From a virus (taxonomy: Duplodnaviria > Caudoviricetes): 62,222 nucleotides of DNA. The notes beneath the pieces were generated by a model, which saw only the letters and a list, made by a program, of their open reading frames with translations, did no database searches and had not been told where the DNA came from. A program made the translations under genes and the position numbers. Where the stretch lies: positions 1 to 62,222 of the IMG/VR virus record IMGVR_UViG_3300025490_000001. The stretch is one strand, 5' to 3'. Of the stretch, positions 28,409 through 37,146 are shown piece after piece. The stretch's first letter is position 1. Each line of letters starts with the position of its first letter.

Positions 28409-28800
28409 TTGGTTTCTCCTGCTGGTGTGGTGTGGGTGTGCTGCTGTAGATCGGCGGTGCCGGTGGCCGGCAGCGTGCCGGGGTGCGCCCGGAACCAGTT
28501 AAGAATGTGTTGGCCCAGGGCCTGCTCTTGATCGCGCGTCAGTCGAGGAATGACTTGCTCAGGCTCGATTTCATCGGCAGCGATCTCGGAAACGATTTCA
28601 AAGCAATTCCAGCCGATTCGCGCCGCGAGAGGCGCAAGCAGATCGACGGGTGGCACCAGTCGTGCCGTGTAGATCGGCCCGAAGTTGCCCGGCCCCCACG
28701 CATCGAGCGCATCGGCTTTGGCGGCTTCGAGCGCCTGCTCGCGGGTGTCGAACTCGGACGCGGACTGGTGGCCTTCGAGGATGCACACGAACTTGCTCAT
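28405..28800 (-). CDS. Hypothetical protein
   Basis: Coupled ORF; start re-called at 28800. Confidence 0.55.
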   Translation of the reverse strand: MSKFVCILEGHQSASEFDTREQALEAAKADALDAWGPGNFGPIYTARLVPPVDLLAPLAARIGWNCFEIVSEIAADEIEPEQVIPRLTRDQEQALGQHILNWFRAHPGTLPATGTADLQQHTHTTPAGETK

Positions 28801-28985
28801 ACCAGCCACCCCATCAAAGCCATGACGGTGAGCACCAGCGCCGCAATGGCGCAAGTGGCCACGACGATGACGTCGGCGGCGGGCATCGGCGGGTAGTCTT
28901 CGACGAAGTGGCGGCTGGTGTGCGGCCCGAAGGCTTCTTCCAGTGAGCGCGGGTAGCGCCCGGTGTGGTTGCTGCTGTGGTTCAT
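28797..28985 (-). CDS. Small membrane-anchored protein, first gene of PL operon
   Basis: RYPRSLEEAFGP plus C-terminal TM; AAGGAG RBS. Confidence 0.6.
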   Translation of the reverse strand: MNHSSNHTGRYPRSLEEAFGPHTSRHFVEDYPPMPAADVIVVATCAIAALVLTVMALMGWLV

Positions 28986-29011
28986 GTGGGCTCCTTGGGT
29001 TGGTGAGCCAC

Positions 29012-29053
29012 ACTTTAGCACACTAAACGCAGCTTGTGAAGTAGGCTGCTAAA
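29012..29053 (-). promoter_or_regulatory. PL/OL with two operators (TTTAG-N4-CTAAA)
   Basis: tttagcacactaaa 29014-29027, agtaggctgctaaa 29040-29053; same motif at OR. Confidence 0.7.
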
Positions 29054-29093
29054 CTTTTTTAAGCTGATCGCCCTTGCGATGCGACAAGGCAAC

Positions 29094-29115
29094 AAAAAAC
29101 CCGCCGAAGCGGGTT
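29094..29115 (-). terminator. Rho-independent terminator of cI operon
   Basis: aacccgc-cgaa-gcgggtt stem with U-tract on minus strand. Confidence 0.8.
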
Positions 29116-29123
29116 GCTGCGTG

Positions 29124-29387
29124 TCAGGCGCTGGTGTCTGGGTCCGGGAGCCCGCGGAACACGGCCCAGGCGGCAAAACGCCCAATCGCAAAGCCACCGG
29201 CAAGCCAAAGGAGGATGACGATGGTCATAGCCCATGGATTTGTTGCCAGATAGGCGTCTGCTTGGCTGCCCTGAATTAGTACGCCGCCGGTCATGATGCT
29301 GGCGTACCATGCCGCAACCGTGACGCCTAGCTCAATGCGATTCTTGATAATCCTAGCGACGTCGCGCCACGCGGTTTCCCGGTTCAT
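29124..29387 (-). CDS. 2-TM protein co-transcribed with cI (superinfection exclusion candidate)
   Basis: Start overlaps cI stop; two hydrophobic helices; followed by terminator. Confidence 0.55.
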   Translation of the reverse strand: MNRETAWRDVARIIKNRIELGVTVAAWYASIMTGGVLIQGSQADAYLATNPWAMTIVILLWLAGGFAIGRFAAWAVFRGLPDPDTSA

Positions 29388-30043
29388 CACCTTCTCCTGT
29401 ACTTTCTGTGCTCGACCATGGTGCCGACGATCCGCACCGGTGTGACGTCTGAGCGGATTATGGGGTAGTCGTCGTTCAGAGGCACCAGTTCGAACACCAT
29501 GCTGCCGCGCGCATCCATGGCCCGGGGCCGGTACTTTTTGAAGGTTGCCTCCTCGTCGCCGTTCTTGGCCACCACGTAGTCGCCCGGCTGCGGCGTCAAC
29601 TCGGGGTCGATGATCACCCGGTCGCCGGGCCTGAACTCGGGCAGCATGGATTCGCCCTTGATCTCTAGCGCGAAGGCGGTCGATGACAGGTCGCGGTCCG
29701 TGACCAGGCAATCCTGACCATCGCATGGCTGATAAGACTCGACGCCCCCCGACCAGCAGCCTGCCTGCACGTAGCTGATGAGGGGGATGCGCCGAAGGCC
29801 TATCGTGGCCGGCTGGGTGTTTTTGTCAATCGCCAATTTCTGCCCACGCCCAGTCACCAGCCACGCGGCACGCACGCCAGTCGCCTTCTCAAGCGCCTCG
29901 GCAGTATCGGCACGCAGGCTTTTGATGCGCCCATCCACCCACTGACTCACCGCGCCCGGGCTCTTGTGAGTCTCGGTGGCAATCTGTGCCTGACTCTTGC
30001 CGGAGAGGGCAATCGCCTCGCGGATGCGGTCTGAAAGTGTCAT
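29387..30043 (-). CDS. cI: CI-like repressor (HTH plus S24 peptidase)
   Basis: HTH SQAQIA..AVSQW; VQAG cleavage site; GESM, ATFKKY. Confidence 0.93.
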   Translation of the reverse strand: MTLSDRIREAIALSGKSQAQIATETHKSPGAVSQWVDGRIKSLRADTAEALEKATGVRAAWLVTGRGQKLAIDKNTQPATIGLRRIPLISYVQAGCWSGGVESYQPCDGQDCLVTDRDLSSTAFALEIKGESMLPEFRPGDRVIIDPELTPQPGDYVVAKNGDEEATFKKYRPRAMDARGSMVFELVPLNDDYPIIRSDVTPVRIVGTMVEHRKYRRR

Positions 30044-30050
30044 GGCAGTA

Positions 30051-30106
30051 TTAAGCCAGCTAATTTACGAAGTGTGCTTCACTTATCGGCTATAGTGTGC
30101 TAAACT
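30051..30106. promoter_or_regulatory. OR region: three operators plus divergent promoters
   Basis: ttaagccagctaat 30051, cgaagtgtgcttca 30068, tatagtgtgctaaa 30091; TAAACT -10 at 30101. Confidence 0.7.
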
Positions 30107-30112
30107 GTAACC

Positions 30113-30349
30113 ATGAACACCAACGAAGCCATACAGCTTGCCGGGTCTGCCGCGATCCTTGCCAAGATTCTGAACGTCACGCCTTCGGCTGTGGTGCAGT
30201 GGCGCGACCGCGATCTGCCGGACTTGCGGGCTGTGCAGCTCTACACCGTGAGGCCCGAGTGGTTCAAAGGGCGGGCCGCTCCAACGGTGCGCAGCAAGAC
30301 GCGGCCACGGCGTGCGGCGGCGGTTACGGCCAGCGCACCGGGGGCTTGA
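30113..30349 (+). CDS. cro: Cro-like repressor
   Basis: Divergent from cI; GSAAILAKILNVTPSAVVQW. Confidence 0.85.
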   Translation: MNTNEAIQLAGSAAILAKILNVTPSAVVQWRDRDLPDLRAVQLYTVRPEWFKGRAAPTVRSKTRPRRAAAVTASAPGA

Positions 30350-30468
30350 CATGCAGCCAAGCCATCCAGCGCCCGACGCGGCGCAGCAGCCAGCGAGCAA
30401 CGGGCGCTCGACTTCTTCGTGGTGGCACCAGGCACCGGATACCAAGGCCCAGCAAATGCTGGAAAGCC

Positions 30469-30699
30469 TTAGTCAACCATGCCGCGACGAACAGGCCAGT
30501 CAAGCCACCGCTGAACCTCATCCTGCACAAACTGGTGGAGCCGGGGATCGTCAGCCTCCTGATTCGCCAGGTCGCGCTGCATGCGGGTCAGAACCTGATC
30601 CACAAAAGCCGCGCCTTGTGCTTCGAGTAACTCTGCAAGCAGAGTTTTTTGAACAGCCTGCGCGGCGCGAAGGCGGGCAATGAGTTCATCGTTTTTCAT
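30469..30699 (-). CDS. Hypothetical protein antisense to PR operon
   Basis: MKNDELIARL..., protein-like helical composition, AGGA upstream. Confidence 0.45.
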   Translation of the reverse strand: MKNDELIARLRAAQAVQKTLLAELLEAQGAAFVDQVLTRMQRDLANQEADDPRLHQFVQDEVQRWLDWPVRRGMVD

Positions 30700-30780
30700 G
30701 GGCGGTCCTGTTGCTGATGGCTGGGTGAGAGCATCCATCGTAAGTCAACAGGACTGGCCACCACTCCCAAGGCAAGCAAC

Positions 30781-31713
30781 ATGACAAAAACCACGAGCTC
30801 CTGGATGCCGCTCTGGATTGGCGACTACCTGGCCGACACCCAGCACCTGACCCGCGACGAGCACGGGGCCTACCTGCTGCTGCTCATGACCTACTGGCGC
30901 AATGGCGGCCCGCTGGCCGACGACGACCGACGCCTCGCCGCGATCGTGAAGGCCAGCTCCAAGGAGTGGCGGGCGCTGCGGCCGGTGCTGGCCGAGTTCT
31001 TCACCGTGGCGGGCGGCGTGTGGCGCCAAAAGCGCGTGGAGGCGGAACTGTCCGGCTCAATCGAGCGCGCCGAGAAGGCTGTAAGCAAGGCCAAAAAGGG
31101 GGCGGAGGCACGCTGGAAGCAAAGCCAAGAAGATGCTCCAAGCAATGCTCCAAGCAATGCTCCAAGCAGTCCTCCAAGCAGTCCTCCAAGCAATGCCCAA
31201 GCAATGCCTAGGCAATGCCCTTCACCATCACCTATAAATACCTTTACTAAAGAAGAGAGGTTATCTCTCTCTCCGCGAGGGGTCTGCAGCGAGCTCGATT
31301 TGCCACCAGCAACCGACTACGGCCGCATCTGTTTGGCGATGAAAGCGGCTGGTCTTGCCGACACCAGCCCCGGTAATCCGGAGTTTCGGGTGTTGGTTGA
31401 CGCTGGAGCCGATGCCGCCGAGTTCTTGGCCGCAGCGCAGGAGGCCGTAAGCCGGGGCAAGGGTTTTCGGTACGCTGTGAGCTGCGTGGCCACAGCCCGA
31501 AAGCGGGCCCTAGAACTGGCCGGGCAAATCCACCGTGGCGAATTGCCCGCCACCGAAACCGCCTACCAGCGCTCGATGCGCGAGCGGGTTCGGGAGTTCG
31601 CCCCCAGTGTGGCCAGAAAAGCGCCGCATGAGCGCAGCTCAGCACCGCAAAACACCGCCGAATTTTTCACCACTTTGGGGGCGCAGTCGCGCACCGTTGG
31701 GGCGCTGAAATGA
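30781..31713 (+). CDS. Replication initiator (YdaU/DUF1376 family)
   Basis: WMPLWIGDYLADTQHL..EHGAYLLLL; contains iterons. Confidence 0.85.
   Translation: MTKTTSSWMPLWIGDYLADTQHLTRDEHGAYLLLLMTYWRNGGPLADDDRRLAAIVKASSKEWRALRPVLAEFFTVAGGVWRQKRVEAELSGSIERAEKAVSKAKKGAEARWKQSQEDAPSNAPSNAPSSPPSSPPSNAQAMPRQCPSPSPINTFTKEERLSLSPRGVCSELDLPPATDYGRICLAMKAAGLADTSPGNPEFRVLVDAGADAAEFLAAAQEAVSRGKGFRYAVSCVATARKRALELAGQIHRGELPATETAYQRSMRERVREFAPSVARKAPHERSSAPQNTAEFFTTLGAQSRTVGALK
31133..31220 (+). repeat. Tandem 11-12 bp iterons (probable replication origin)
   Basis: atgctccaagca x3, gtcctccaagca x2, atgcccaagca, atgcctaggca; AT-rich tract follows. Confidence 0.8.
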
Positions 31714-32171
31714 CGATGCCATTACCCTGGGTGGAGAAGATTTTCCGCAAGCTCACACTCGTTTATGGCCGCGATTTCCTCTCGCGCTGGGAGGGCCAAG
31801 AAATCAACGGCGTGATCGACGATTGGGCGCTGGAGCTGGCCGGGTTTGCCAATTGGCCCGAGGCCATCGGCTGGGCACTGAACAACCTGCCACCAGACCG
31901 CCCGCCGACCGTGCTGCAATTCCGCGACATCTGCCGTCGCGCACCCGGCAAGGCCATGCCGGCATTGCCCGAGCCGCCGGCCGATCCCGAGCGTGTGCAG
32001 GCCGAGCTTGCAAAACTCGCCGTCGCACCAAGGCAGCGCCAAGACCCGAAAGCCTGGGCGCAGCGCATCATGGCGCGCCATGCCCACGGCGACCGCCTGA
32101 GCACCATCAGCGTGCGGTTTGCGCGCGAGGCGCTCGGCATTCCGCAACCCGGCGCCACGGCCGAGGTATGA
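31710..32171 (+). CDS. Replication protein P-like helicase loader
   Basis: After initiator; LVYGRDFLSRW..PPTVLQFRDICR. Confidence 0.65.
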   Translation: MTMPLPWVEKIFRKLTLVYGRDFLSRWEGQEINGVIDDWALELAGFANWPEAIGWALNNLPPDRPPTVLQFRDICRRAPGKAMPALPEPPADPERVQAELAKLAVAPRQRQDPKAWAQRIMARHAHGDRLSTISVRFAREALGIPQPGATAEV

Positions 32172-32410
32172 GTTGCAACGCCTGCACCCTCACCCAAACC
32201 CGCCCGCACTGTGGCGCTTACCGGATGCAGTGCCTGGAGTGCTGCACCCGGCTGGTCCTGAGTGCCTACCCGAGCAAGCCGCACGCGGCCGCGATGCTCG
32301 CAGCTATCGAGCGGTTCCAGGGGAACCCTGGCCGGGCGCGCGTGCTGGCGTCCGTTGCCCGTGGCCTGGAGAAACGCCGCTCAGTTACGCCGAAGTCGAG
32401 CACGGATTGA
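32168..32410 (+). CDS. Small Cys-rich hypothetical protein
   Basis: CNAC..CLECC; GAGGT RBS; ATGA coupling. Confidence 0.55.
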   Translation: MSCNACTLTQTRPHCGAYRMQCLECCTRLVLSAYPSKPHAAAMLAAIERFQGNPGRARVLASVARGLEKRRSVTPKSSTD

Positions 32411-32423
32411 GGGAGGGCGTTCT

Positions 32424-33350
32424 GTGACTGCCTACTACAACGAACACGACCCCAAAGCCGCGCAATGGCTGCGCAACCTGATTGCAGCCGGGCACATTGC
32501 GCCCGGCATTGTTGACGAACGGAGTATCGAAGATGTTGCACCAGACGATTTGCGAGAGTTCACCCAATGCCACTTCTTCGCAGGAATTGGGGTCTGGTCA
32601 TACGCACTGCGGCGCGCCGGATGGCCAGACGATCGGCCAGCGTGGAGCGGATCGTGCCCATGCCAACCTTTCAGCGCGACAGGCAAAGGCGCAGGGTTTG
32701 TTGACGAGCGGCACCTATGGCCAGCGTTCTTCCACCTCATCGAGCAGTGCCGCCCTGGCATTGTCTTTGGCGAGCAGGTTGCAAGCGCAGACGGACTTGC
32801 TTGGCTCGACCTTGTATCGGCTGACTTGGAAGGCGCGGGTTACACCGTTGGGGCGCTCGATACCTGCGCTGCAGGCTACGGCGCGCCCCACATTCGGCAG
32901 CGATTGTGGTTTGTCGGGGTGGATCACGCCCAGCGCGAGGGACTGGAAAGACACGCCGGGCATGACAGCGCAGAGGGACGGCAGGGATCGGACAGACCAG
33001 TTGCCGAGGCAGGCCTATCTAGCCGGATGGCCGACACCACAAACGAGCGACAGCACGGGCGGCGGGCAAGCCAAACGAGCAATGGGCGAGACGCGGCACG
33101 GGTCGAACCTGAACGACTTTGCAATGTTGACCCAGGACGGCCCAACCCGACTAACGGCCACTGGCGAAATGCTGACTGGCTGCGCTGCCGCGATGAAAAA
33201 TGGCGGCCAGTTGAACCCGGCACATCCCCGCTGGTTGATGGGGCTGCCGCCCGAGTGGTGCGACTGCGCGCCTACAGCAACGCGATCTGCGCGCCCGTCG
33301 CGCAAGCCTTCATCGAAGCCGTGATGGATGGGCTGGGGGTGGCGCAATGA
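32424..33350 (+). CDS. C5-cytosine DNA methyltransferase, large (alpha) subunit
   Basis: Motif [40 protein letters not shown]-like RAYSNAI; start re-called at GTG 32424. Confidence 0.88.
   Translation: MTAYYNEHDPKAAQWLRNLIAAGHIAPGIVDERSIEDVAPDDLREFTQCHFFAGIGVWSYALRRAGWPDDRPAWSGSCPCQPFSATGKGAGFVDERHLWPAFFHLIEQCRPGIVFGEQVASADGLAWLDLVSADLEGAGYTVGALDTCAAGYGAPHIRQRLWFVGVDHAQREGLERHAGHDSAEGRQGSDRPVAEAGLSSRMADTTNERQHGRRASQTSNGRDAARVEPERLCNVDPGRPNPTNGHWRNADWLRCRDEKWRPVEPGTSPLVDGAAARVVRLRAYSNAICAPVAQAFIEAVMDGLGVAQ
32482..33324 (+). CDS. Overprinted methyltransferase beta subunit (motif IX); start uncertain
   Basis: 280-codon +1-frame ORF within MTase; [33 protein letters not shown]. Confidence 0.7.
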   Translation: MQPGTLRPALLTNGVSKMLHQTICESSPNATSSQELGSGHTHCGAPDGQTIGQRGADRAHANLSARQAKAQGLLTSGTYGQRSSTSSSSAALALSLASRLQAQTDLLGSTLYRLTWKARVTPLGRSIPALQATARPTFGSDCGLSGWITPSARDWKDTPGMTAQRDGRDRTDQLPRQAYLAGWPTPQTSDSTGGGQAKRAMGETRHGSNLNDFAMLTQDGPTRLTATGEMLTGCAAAMKNGGQLNPAHPRWLMGLPPEWCDCAPTATRSARPSRKPSSKP

Positions 33351-33559
33351 AGCTGTACTGCGCCCTGTGTGGCCGCCCGATGGAGCAGGCCGCCGTGTTG
33401 ATCGGCAATCACCCGGTCGGGCCGAAGTGCGCCCAGCGCGCCGGCCTGATGCCGCTGGCCCAGCGCAAGAGCGGGTTGGTGATTCCAGTGATTCGTCGGC
33501 GCATCGAGAAGCCGCAACACCCCCAGACCCCGGACCTGTTTGATGAGGTGCCGGCATGA
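33347..33559 (+). CDS. Small zinc-finger protein
   Basis: CALCGRP..VGPKCA. Confidence 0.6.
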   Translation: MKLYCALCGRPMEQAAVLIGNHPVGPKCAQRAGLMPLAQRKSGLVIPVIRRRIEKPQHPQTPDLFDEVPA

Positions 33560-34008
33560 AGGCGATGCTGTTGAAAACAGACAAAGGACTTCGCGGGGCA
33601 ACACCTGCAGACCATGAGGCTTGGTCCAAGTTTCGGCGCCGGCTGGAGACCATGAAGCCGGGTACATGGATTCGCATGGAGTGGGCGCGACCACGCCACG
33701 GCAAGCATCACCGCAAGTTCTTCGCTTTGCTGCAACTGGTGGCCGAAAACAGCGAAACCTACGACACGGTGGAGAAAGCCCTGGTAGCCATCAAGTTGGT
33801 GACGGGCTACTGCGATCCGGTCATCCACCCGGAAACCGGGGAGTTGCTGCCGGTGCCACGGTCGATCAGCTACGACTCCATGGAGCAAGACGAGTTCGAC
33901 AAGTTCTATTCCGCTGCGATCGACGGCGTTCTGCGCCACATCCTGCCACACCTGGACGAGGAAAAAGCAGAGCGGTTGATTGACATGATTGTGGAGGGAT
34001 GGGCATGA
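33556..34008 (+). CDS. DUF1367 / NinB-like protein
   Basis: RHGKHHRKFFALL, PRSISYDSMEQDEF. Confidence 0.75.
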   Translation: MKAMLLKTDKGLRGATPADHEAWSKFRRRLETMKPGTWIRMEWARPRHGKHHRKFFALLQLVAENSETYDTVEKALVAIKLVTGYCDPVIHPETGELLPVPRSISYDSMEQDEFDKFYSAAIDGVLRHILPHLDEEKAERLIDMIVEGWA

Positions 34009-34241
34009 AGCGGGATGTTGATGTCGAAGACTTCCCGCCAGGCGCCCGCGTCAAGACGCCCACCGGCCGCACTGGCACCGTCATTAAGCATCGAGGGCAT
34101 GAAAGCAAGTTCGATCACTTCCTGCGCGTGACCGTGCAGATGGATGGAGGCAGCCGCCACGACCTGGTGACGCTGCAGCCGCACCTGTTGAGCAAATGTC
34201 CGCCAGAGCCTGAGCTGGCGCAAAGAATTGAAGCACCATGA
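34005..34241 (+). CDS. Hypothetical protein (SH3/KOW-like)
   Basis: FPPGARVKTPTGRTGTV; coupled ORF. Confidence 0.5.
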   Translation: MKRDVDVEDFPPGARVKTPTGRTGTVIKHRGHESKFDHFLRVTVQMDGGSRHDLVTLQPHLLSKCPPEPELAQRIEAP

Positions 34242-34690
34242 TTACGCAGCAAGAACTTAAGGCCGCCCTTCAGTACGACGAAGCGACCGGAGATTTTCAG
34301 TGGGCCTCCAAGGTCCACAGGAAAGTGGTTGTCGGATCAAAAGCTGGATGCCTGACCCTCCCATGGCCACCCACTGGCCTGAGCCCAAACGCCAGAAACC
34401 ACTGGGCCAAGACCGCCAAGCTGAAAAAGCAGTACCGCGAGGCCTGCGCCTGGACGGCTGCGAGCCAAGGCGCGCACCCACTGAAGGCCGACAAGCTGCA
34501 CCTGACGCTCACGTTCGTGCCACCCAACCGAAGGGAGTACGACCTGGACAACGCCCTTGCGAGGATGAAGGCCGGGCTGGATGGCTTGGCCGATGTGCTG
34601 CGTGTGGATGACAGGCACTGGAGCCTGACGATCCGCAAGGGCGAGGGCATCGGTGGGTTTGTGCGCGTAGAGGTGCACTGCAATGGCTAG
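34238..34690 (+). CDS. rusA: RusA-like Holliday junction resolvase with HNH-gene-like N-terminus
   Basis: LPWPP..LSPN, YDLDN..KAGLDG..DD. Confidence 0.75.
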   Translation: MITQQELKAALQYDEATGDFQWASKVHRKVVVGSKAGCLTLPWPPTGLSPNARNHWAKTAKLKKQYREACAWTAASQGAHPLKADKLHLTLTFVPPNRREYDLDNALARMKAGLDGLADVLRVDDRHWSLTIRKGEGIGGFVRVEVHCNG

Positions 34691-35267
34691 GCCCAGCAAG
34701 CTGAGCCCGGAGCAGTGGCGAGAGATTGAGCGCCGGCATGCTGCGGGCGAGGGAGCATCTGATCTGGCCAGAGAGCACGGGGTGCACCCGTCACAGATCA
34801 CCAGGCGGGTAACGCAAGTATCGCAAAAAGTGCGAAACGTTGCGCAAAGTCTTGCGAAAGCGCAGACCGAGCTGGCCGAGCTGCCAGTTGCGCAGCAGTA
34901 TGCAGCCATAAGCCTAGCCGATAAGCTGCGCTCGATCAGCAGCAGCCTGGCCAGCGCCGCCGAGCTGGGCGCCAAGACCGCGCACCGGCTGCACGCCCTG
35001 GCTAACTCCGAGGTCGCCAAAGTGGACGACGCCGAGCCGCTGCATTCGCTGGAAGCGCTCAAGGGTGTCGGGGTGCTCACGAAACTGGCAAACGACAGCG
35101 CGCAGATCGCCGTGGGGCTGCTGACAGCCAACCGCGAGACGATGAGGGAGGAAGCTAGGCCGCCGGCGGCAGAAACGGCGCAGTCCGGCGTGCTGATGGT
35201 GCCGGGCGTGTTGGACGAAGCCGACTGGGAAAAGATGATGGCCAAGCAGCAGGAGGGCGGGGCATGA
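34683..35267 (+). CDS. Terminase small subunit (putative)
   Basis: MARPSKLSPEQW HTH; upstream of terL. Confidence 0.6.
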   Translation: MARPSKLSPEQWREIERRHAAGEGASDLAREHGVHPSQITRRVTQVSQKVRNVAQSLAKAQTELAELPVAQQYAAISLADKLRSISSSLASAAELGAKTAHRLHALANSEVAKVDDAEPLHSLEALKGVGVLTKLANDSAQIAVGLLTANRETMREEARPPAAETAQSGVLMVPGVLDEADWEKMMAKQQEGGA

Positions 35268-35503
35268 CGCGCGATGCCGACTATGACAAGCGCCTGGCCG
35301 AAGCCAGCAAAACCCTGGGCGGCAACGCCCTGAAGATGGTCGGCTTGATCCTGCAGAAGCACGATGCGGCAGTGATTGAGGCCAGCATGGAGGCCATCGA
35401 GGCCGCTGTGGCTGCCGAGCGCGAGGCGTGTGCGCAGTTGTGCGAGGAATTTAAGGGCTACCACGGTGACGTTTGCGCCGCCGCCATCCGAGCAAGGGGG
35501 TAG
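35264..35503 (+). CDS. Hypothetical protein
   Basis: AEREACA..CAAAIRARG phage motif. Confidence 0.6.
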   Translation: MTRDADYDKRLAEASKTLGGNALKMVGLILQKHDAAVIEASMEAIEAAVAAEREACAQLCEEFKGYHGDVCAAAIRARG

Positions 35504-35505
35504 GC

Positions 35506-35766
35506 ATGAGGAACGAAAAACAGGTCGAGGCATCCACCACCAAGAATCGTGGCCTGGTGTACCAGCAGATCGCAGCGGTGTTCGACCAGCTGCCGGAGAG
35601 ATTCAAGGCCACCGAGCTGTACGAGCTGGCAAAGATGCCCAGCACTCACTCGATGCAGCGCCGGATGCTGATTGCATCGGTGCTGGTGCACGACTTCAAG
35701 TGCATGCAGATGAACAGCCCAGGCGGCCGTGGCCGGCACTGGAAGAAGCCGGGAGCTGTGACTTGA
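35506..35766 (+). CDS. Hypothetical protein (possible winged helix)
   Basis: Coupled to terL start; start re-called at 35506. Confidence 0.5.
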   Translation: MRNEKQVEASTTKNRGLVYQQIAAVFDQLPERFKATELYELAKMPSTHSMQRRMLIASVLVHDFKCMQMNSPGGRGRHWKKPGAVT

Positions 35767-37145
35767 CGACACGCTGGGCCCCACTGCCTGGCGCGCAGTT
35801 CCAATTCCTGACGTGCCCGATCTACGAGGCGCTGATGCACGGCACGCGGGGCGGCGGCAAGACGGATGCGCTGCTGATGAGTTTTGCGCAGCACGTGGGC
35901 AAGGGCTGGGGCCAGCACTGGCGCGGTGTGCTGTTCCGACTCACCTACCCGCAACTGGCGGACGTGGTGGCAAAGAGCCGTAGGTGGTTTGCGCAGATAT
36001 TTCCAGAGGCGCGATTCAACAAAGCCGACTACTACTGGGAGTGGCCGGGCGGGGAAATGCTCATGTTCCGGTACGGGGCAACAGAGGGGGACTACTGGAA
36101 CTACCATGGACACGAATATCCATGGATCGGATTCGAGGAACTCACGAACTGGCGCGACCTAAGTTTCTATGAGGCCATGCACTCGACCTGCCGCAGCAGT
36201 TATCCCGGTATGCCGCGCATGGTGCGGGCGACCTGCAACCCGTTTGGCAAAGGCCACGGCGCAGTGCGGGACAGATTCAGGCTAGGCGAGGGTGGCGTAC
36301 CGTCTGGCCAGGTGATCCGCGACGATGGGGAAAAGCCGCGCGTGGCGATTTTCTCCAGCATTCTGGAAAACCGCATTCTGCTGGCCAACGACCCGGACTA
36401 TTTGGCAACATTGCAGGCGCTCAAAGACCCTAACAGGCGCAAGGCCTGGTTGAGCGGCGACTGGGACATTCACGTCGGCAGCTTTTTCGACAGCGTGTGG
36501 AACGCCGCGCGGCATGTGATCGAGCCGTTTCCAATACCTGCAAGCTGGAAGGTGTGGAAGGCCATGGATTGGGGCTATGCGGCCCCGTATTGCGTGTTGT
36601 GGCTGGCGATGGACCCGGACGGATGCATTTACGTCTGGCGCGAACTGTACGGCGCGGGCGAAAAGGCGGGCGAGGGCAGCAGAGAACCTGCTGATGCGGT
36701 TGCGCGCAAGATCAAAACGGTCGAGCAGCATGACGAGCGGCTGGGTTACGAATACCGCATGAATCTGGCCGACCCGGCGATTTTCTCGAACGTGGGCACC
36801 ATGCAGACCATCGGCGGCATTTTTCGCGCGCATGGTGTGCGGTGGCAAGAGGCGTGGAACGGCAAAGGTTCTGTGGCAAACGGTGCGCAGGAAATCATGC
36901 GCCTGCTGGCTGAAGACAAGCTCAAGATTTTCAGGACGTGCCGACACTTGATTCGAACCCTGCCCGCGCTGGGCCCGGACGAAACCGACCCCGAGAAATA
37001 CGACAGCGACGGGGAGGATCACGCGGCCGACTGCCTGCGCTATGGCGTGATGCGCCGACGCCGCAACCCGGACGCCGAACAAAAGTCCGATGAGCCGGAT
37101 GAGCCGACAACAAAATCCGAAGCAGGATATATTTTGAAAGTGTGA
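35763..37145 (+). CDS. terL: Terminase large subunit
   Basis: GTRGGGKT, IGFEEL, ATCNP, AMDWG, EDHAADCLRY; TTG start 35763. Confidence 0.92.
   Translation: MTTRWAPLPGAQFQFLTCPIYEALMHGTRGGGKTDALLMSFAQHVGKGWGQHWRGVLFRLTYPQLADVVAKSRRWFAQIFPEARFNKADYYWEWPGGEMLMFRYGATEGDYWNYHGHEYPWIGFEELTNWRDLSFYEAMHSTCRSSYPGMPRMVRATCNPFGKGHGAVRDRFRLGEGGVPSGQVIRDDGEKPRVAIFSSILENRILLANDPDYLATLQALKDPNRRKAWLSGDWDIHVGSFFDSVWNAARHVIEPFPIPASWKVWKAMDWGYAAPYCVLWLAMDPDGCIYVWRELYGAGEKAGEGSREPADAVARKIKTVEQHDERLGYEYRMNLADPAIFSNVGTMQTIGGIFRAHGVRWQEAWNGKGSVANGAQEIMRLLAEDKLKIFRTCRHLIRTLPALGPDETDPEKYDSDGEDHAADCLRYGVMRRRRNPDAEQKSDEPDEPTTKSEAGYILKV
37079..37116 (+). promoter_or_regulatory. Putative late promoter motif, copy 1 (upstream of portal)
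   Basis: ACAAAAGTCCG-N21-CAAAAT. Confidence 0.5.
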
Positions 37146-37146
37146 A

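Noticed and set aside
31133-31220. Repeat array as CRISPR
   Set aside because: Tandem 11-12-mers without spacers inside the initiator gene; no CRISPR array or cas gene seen in the window
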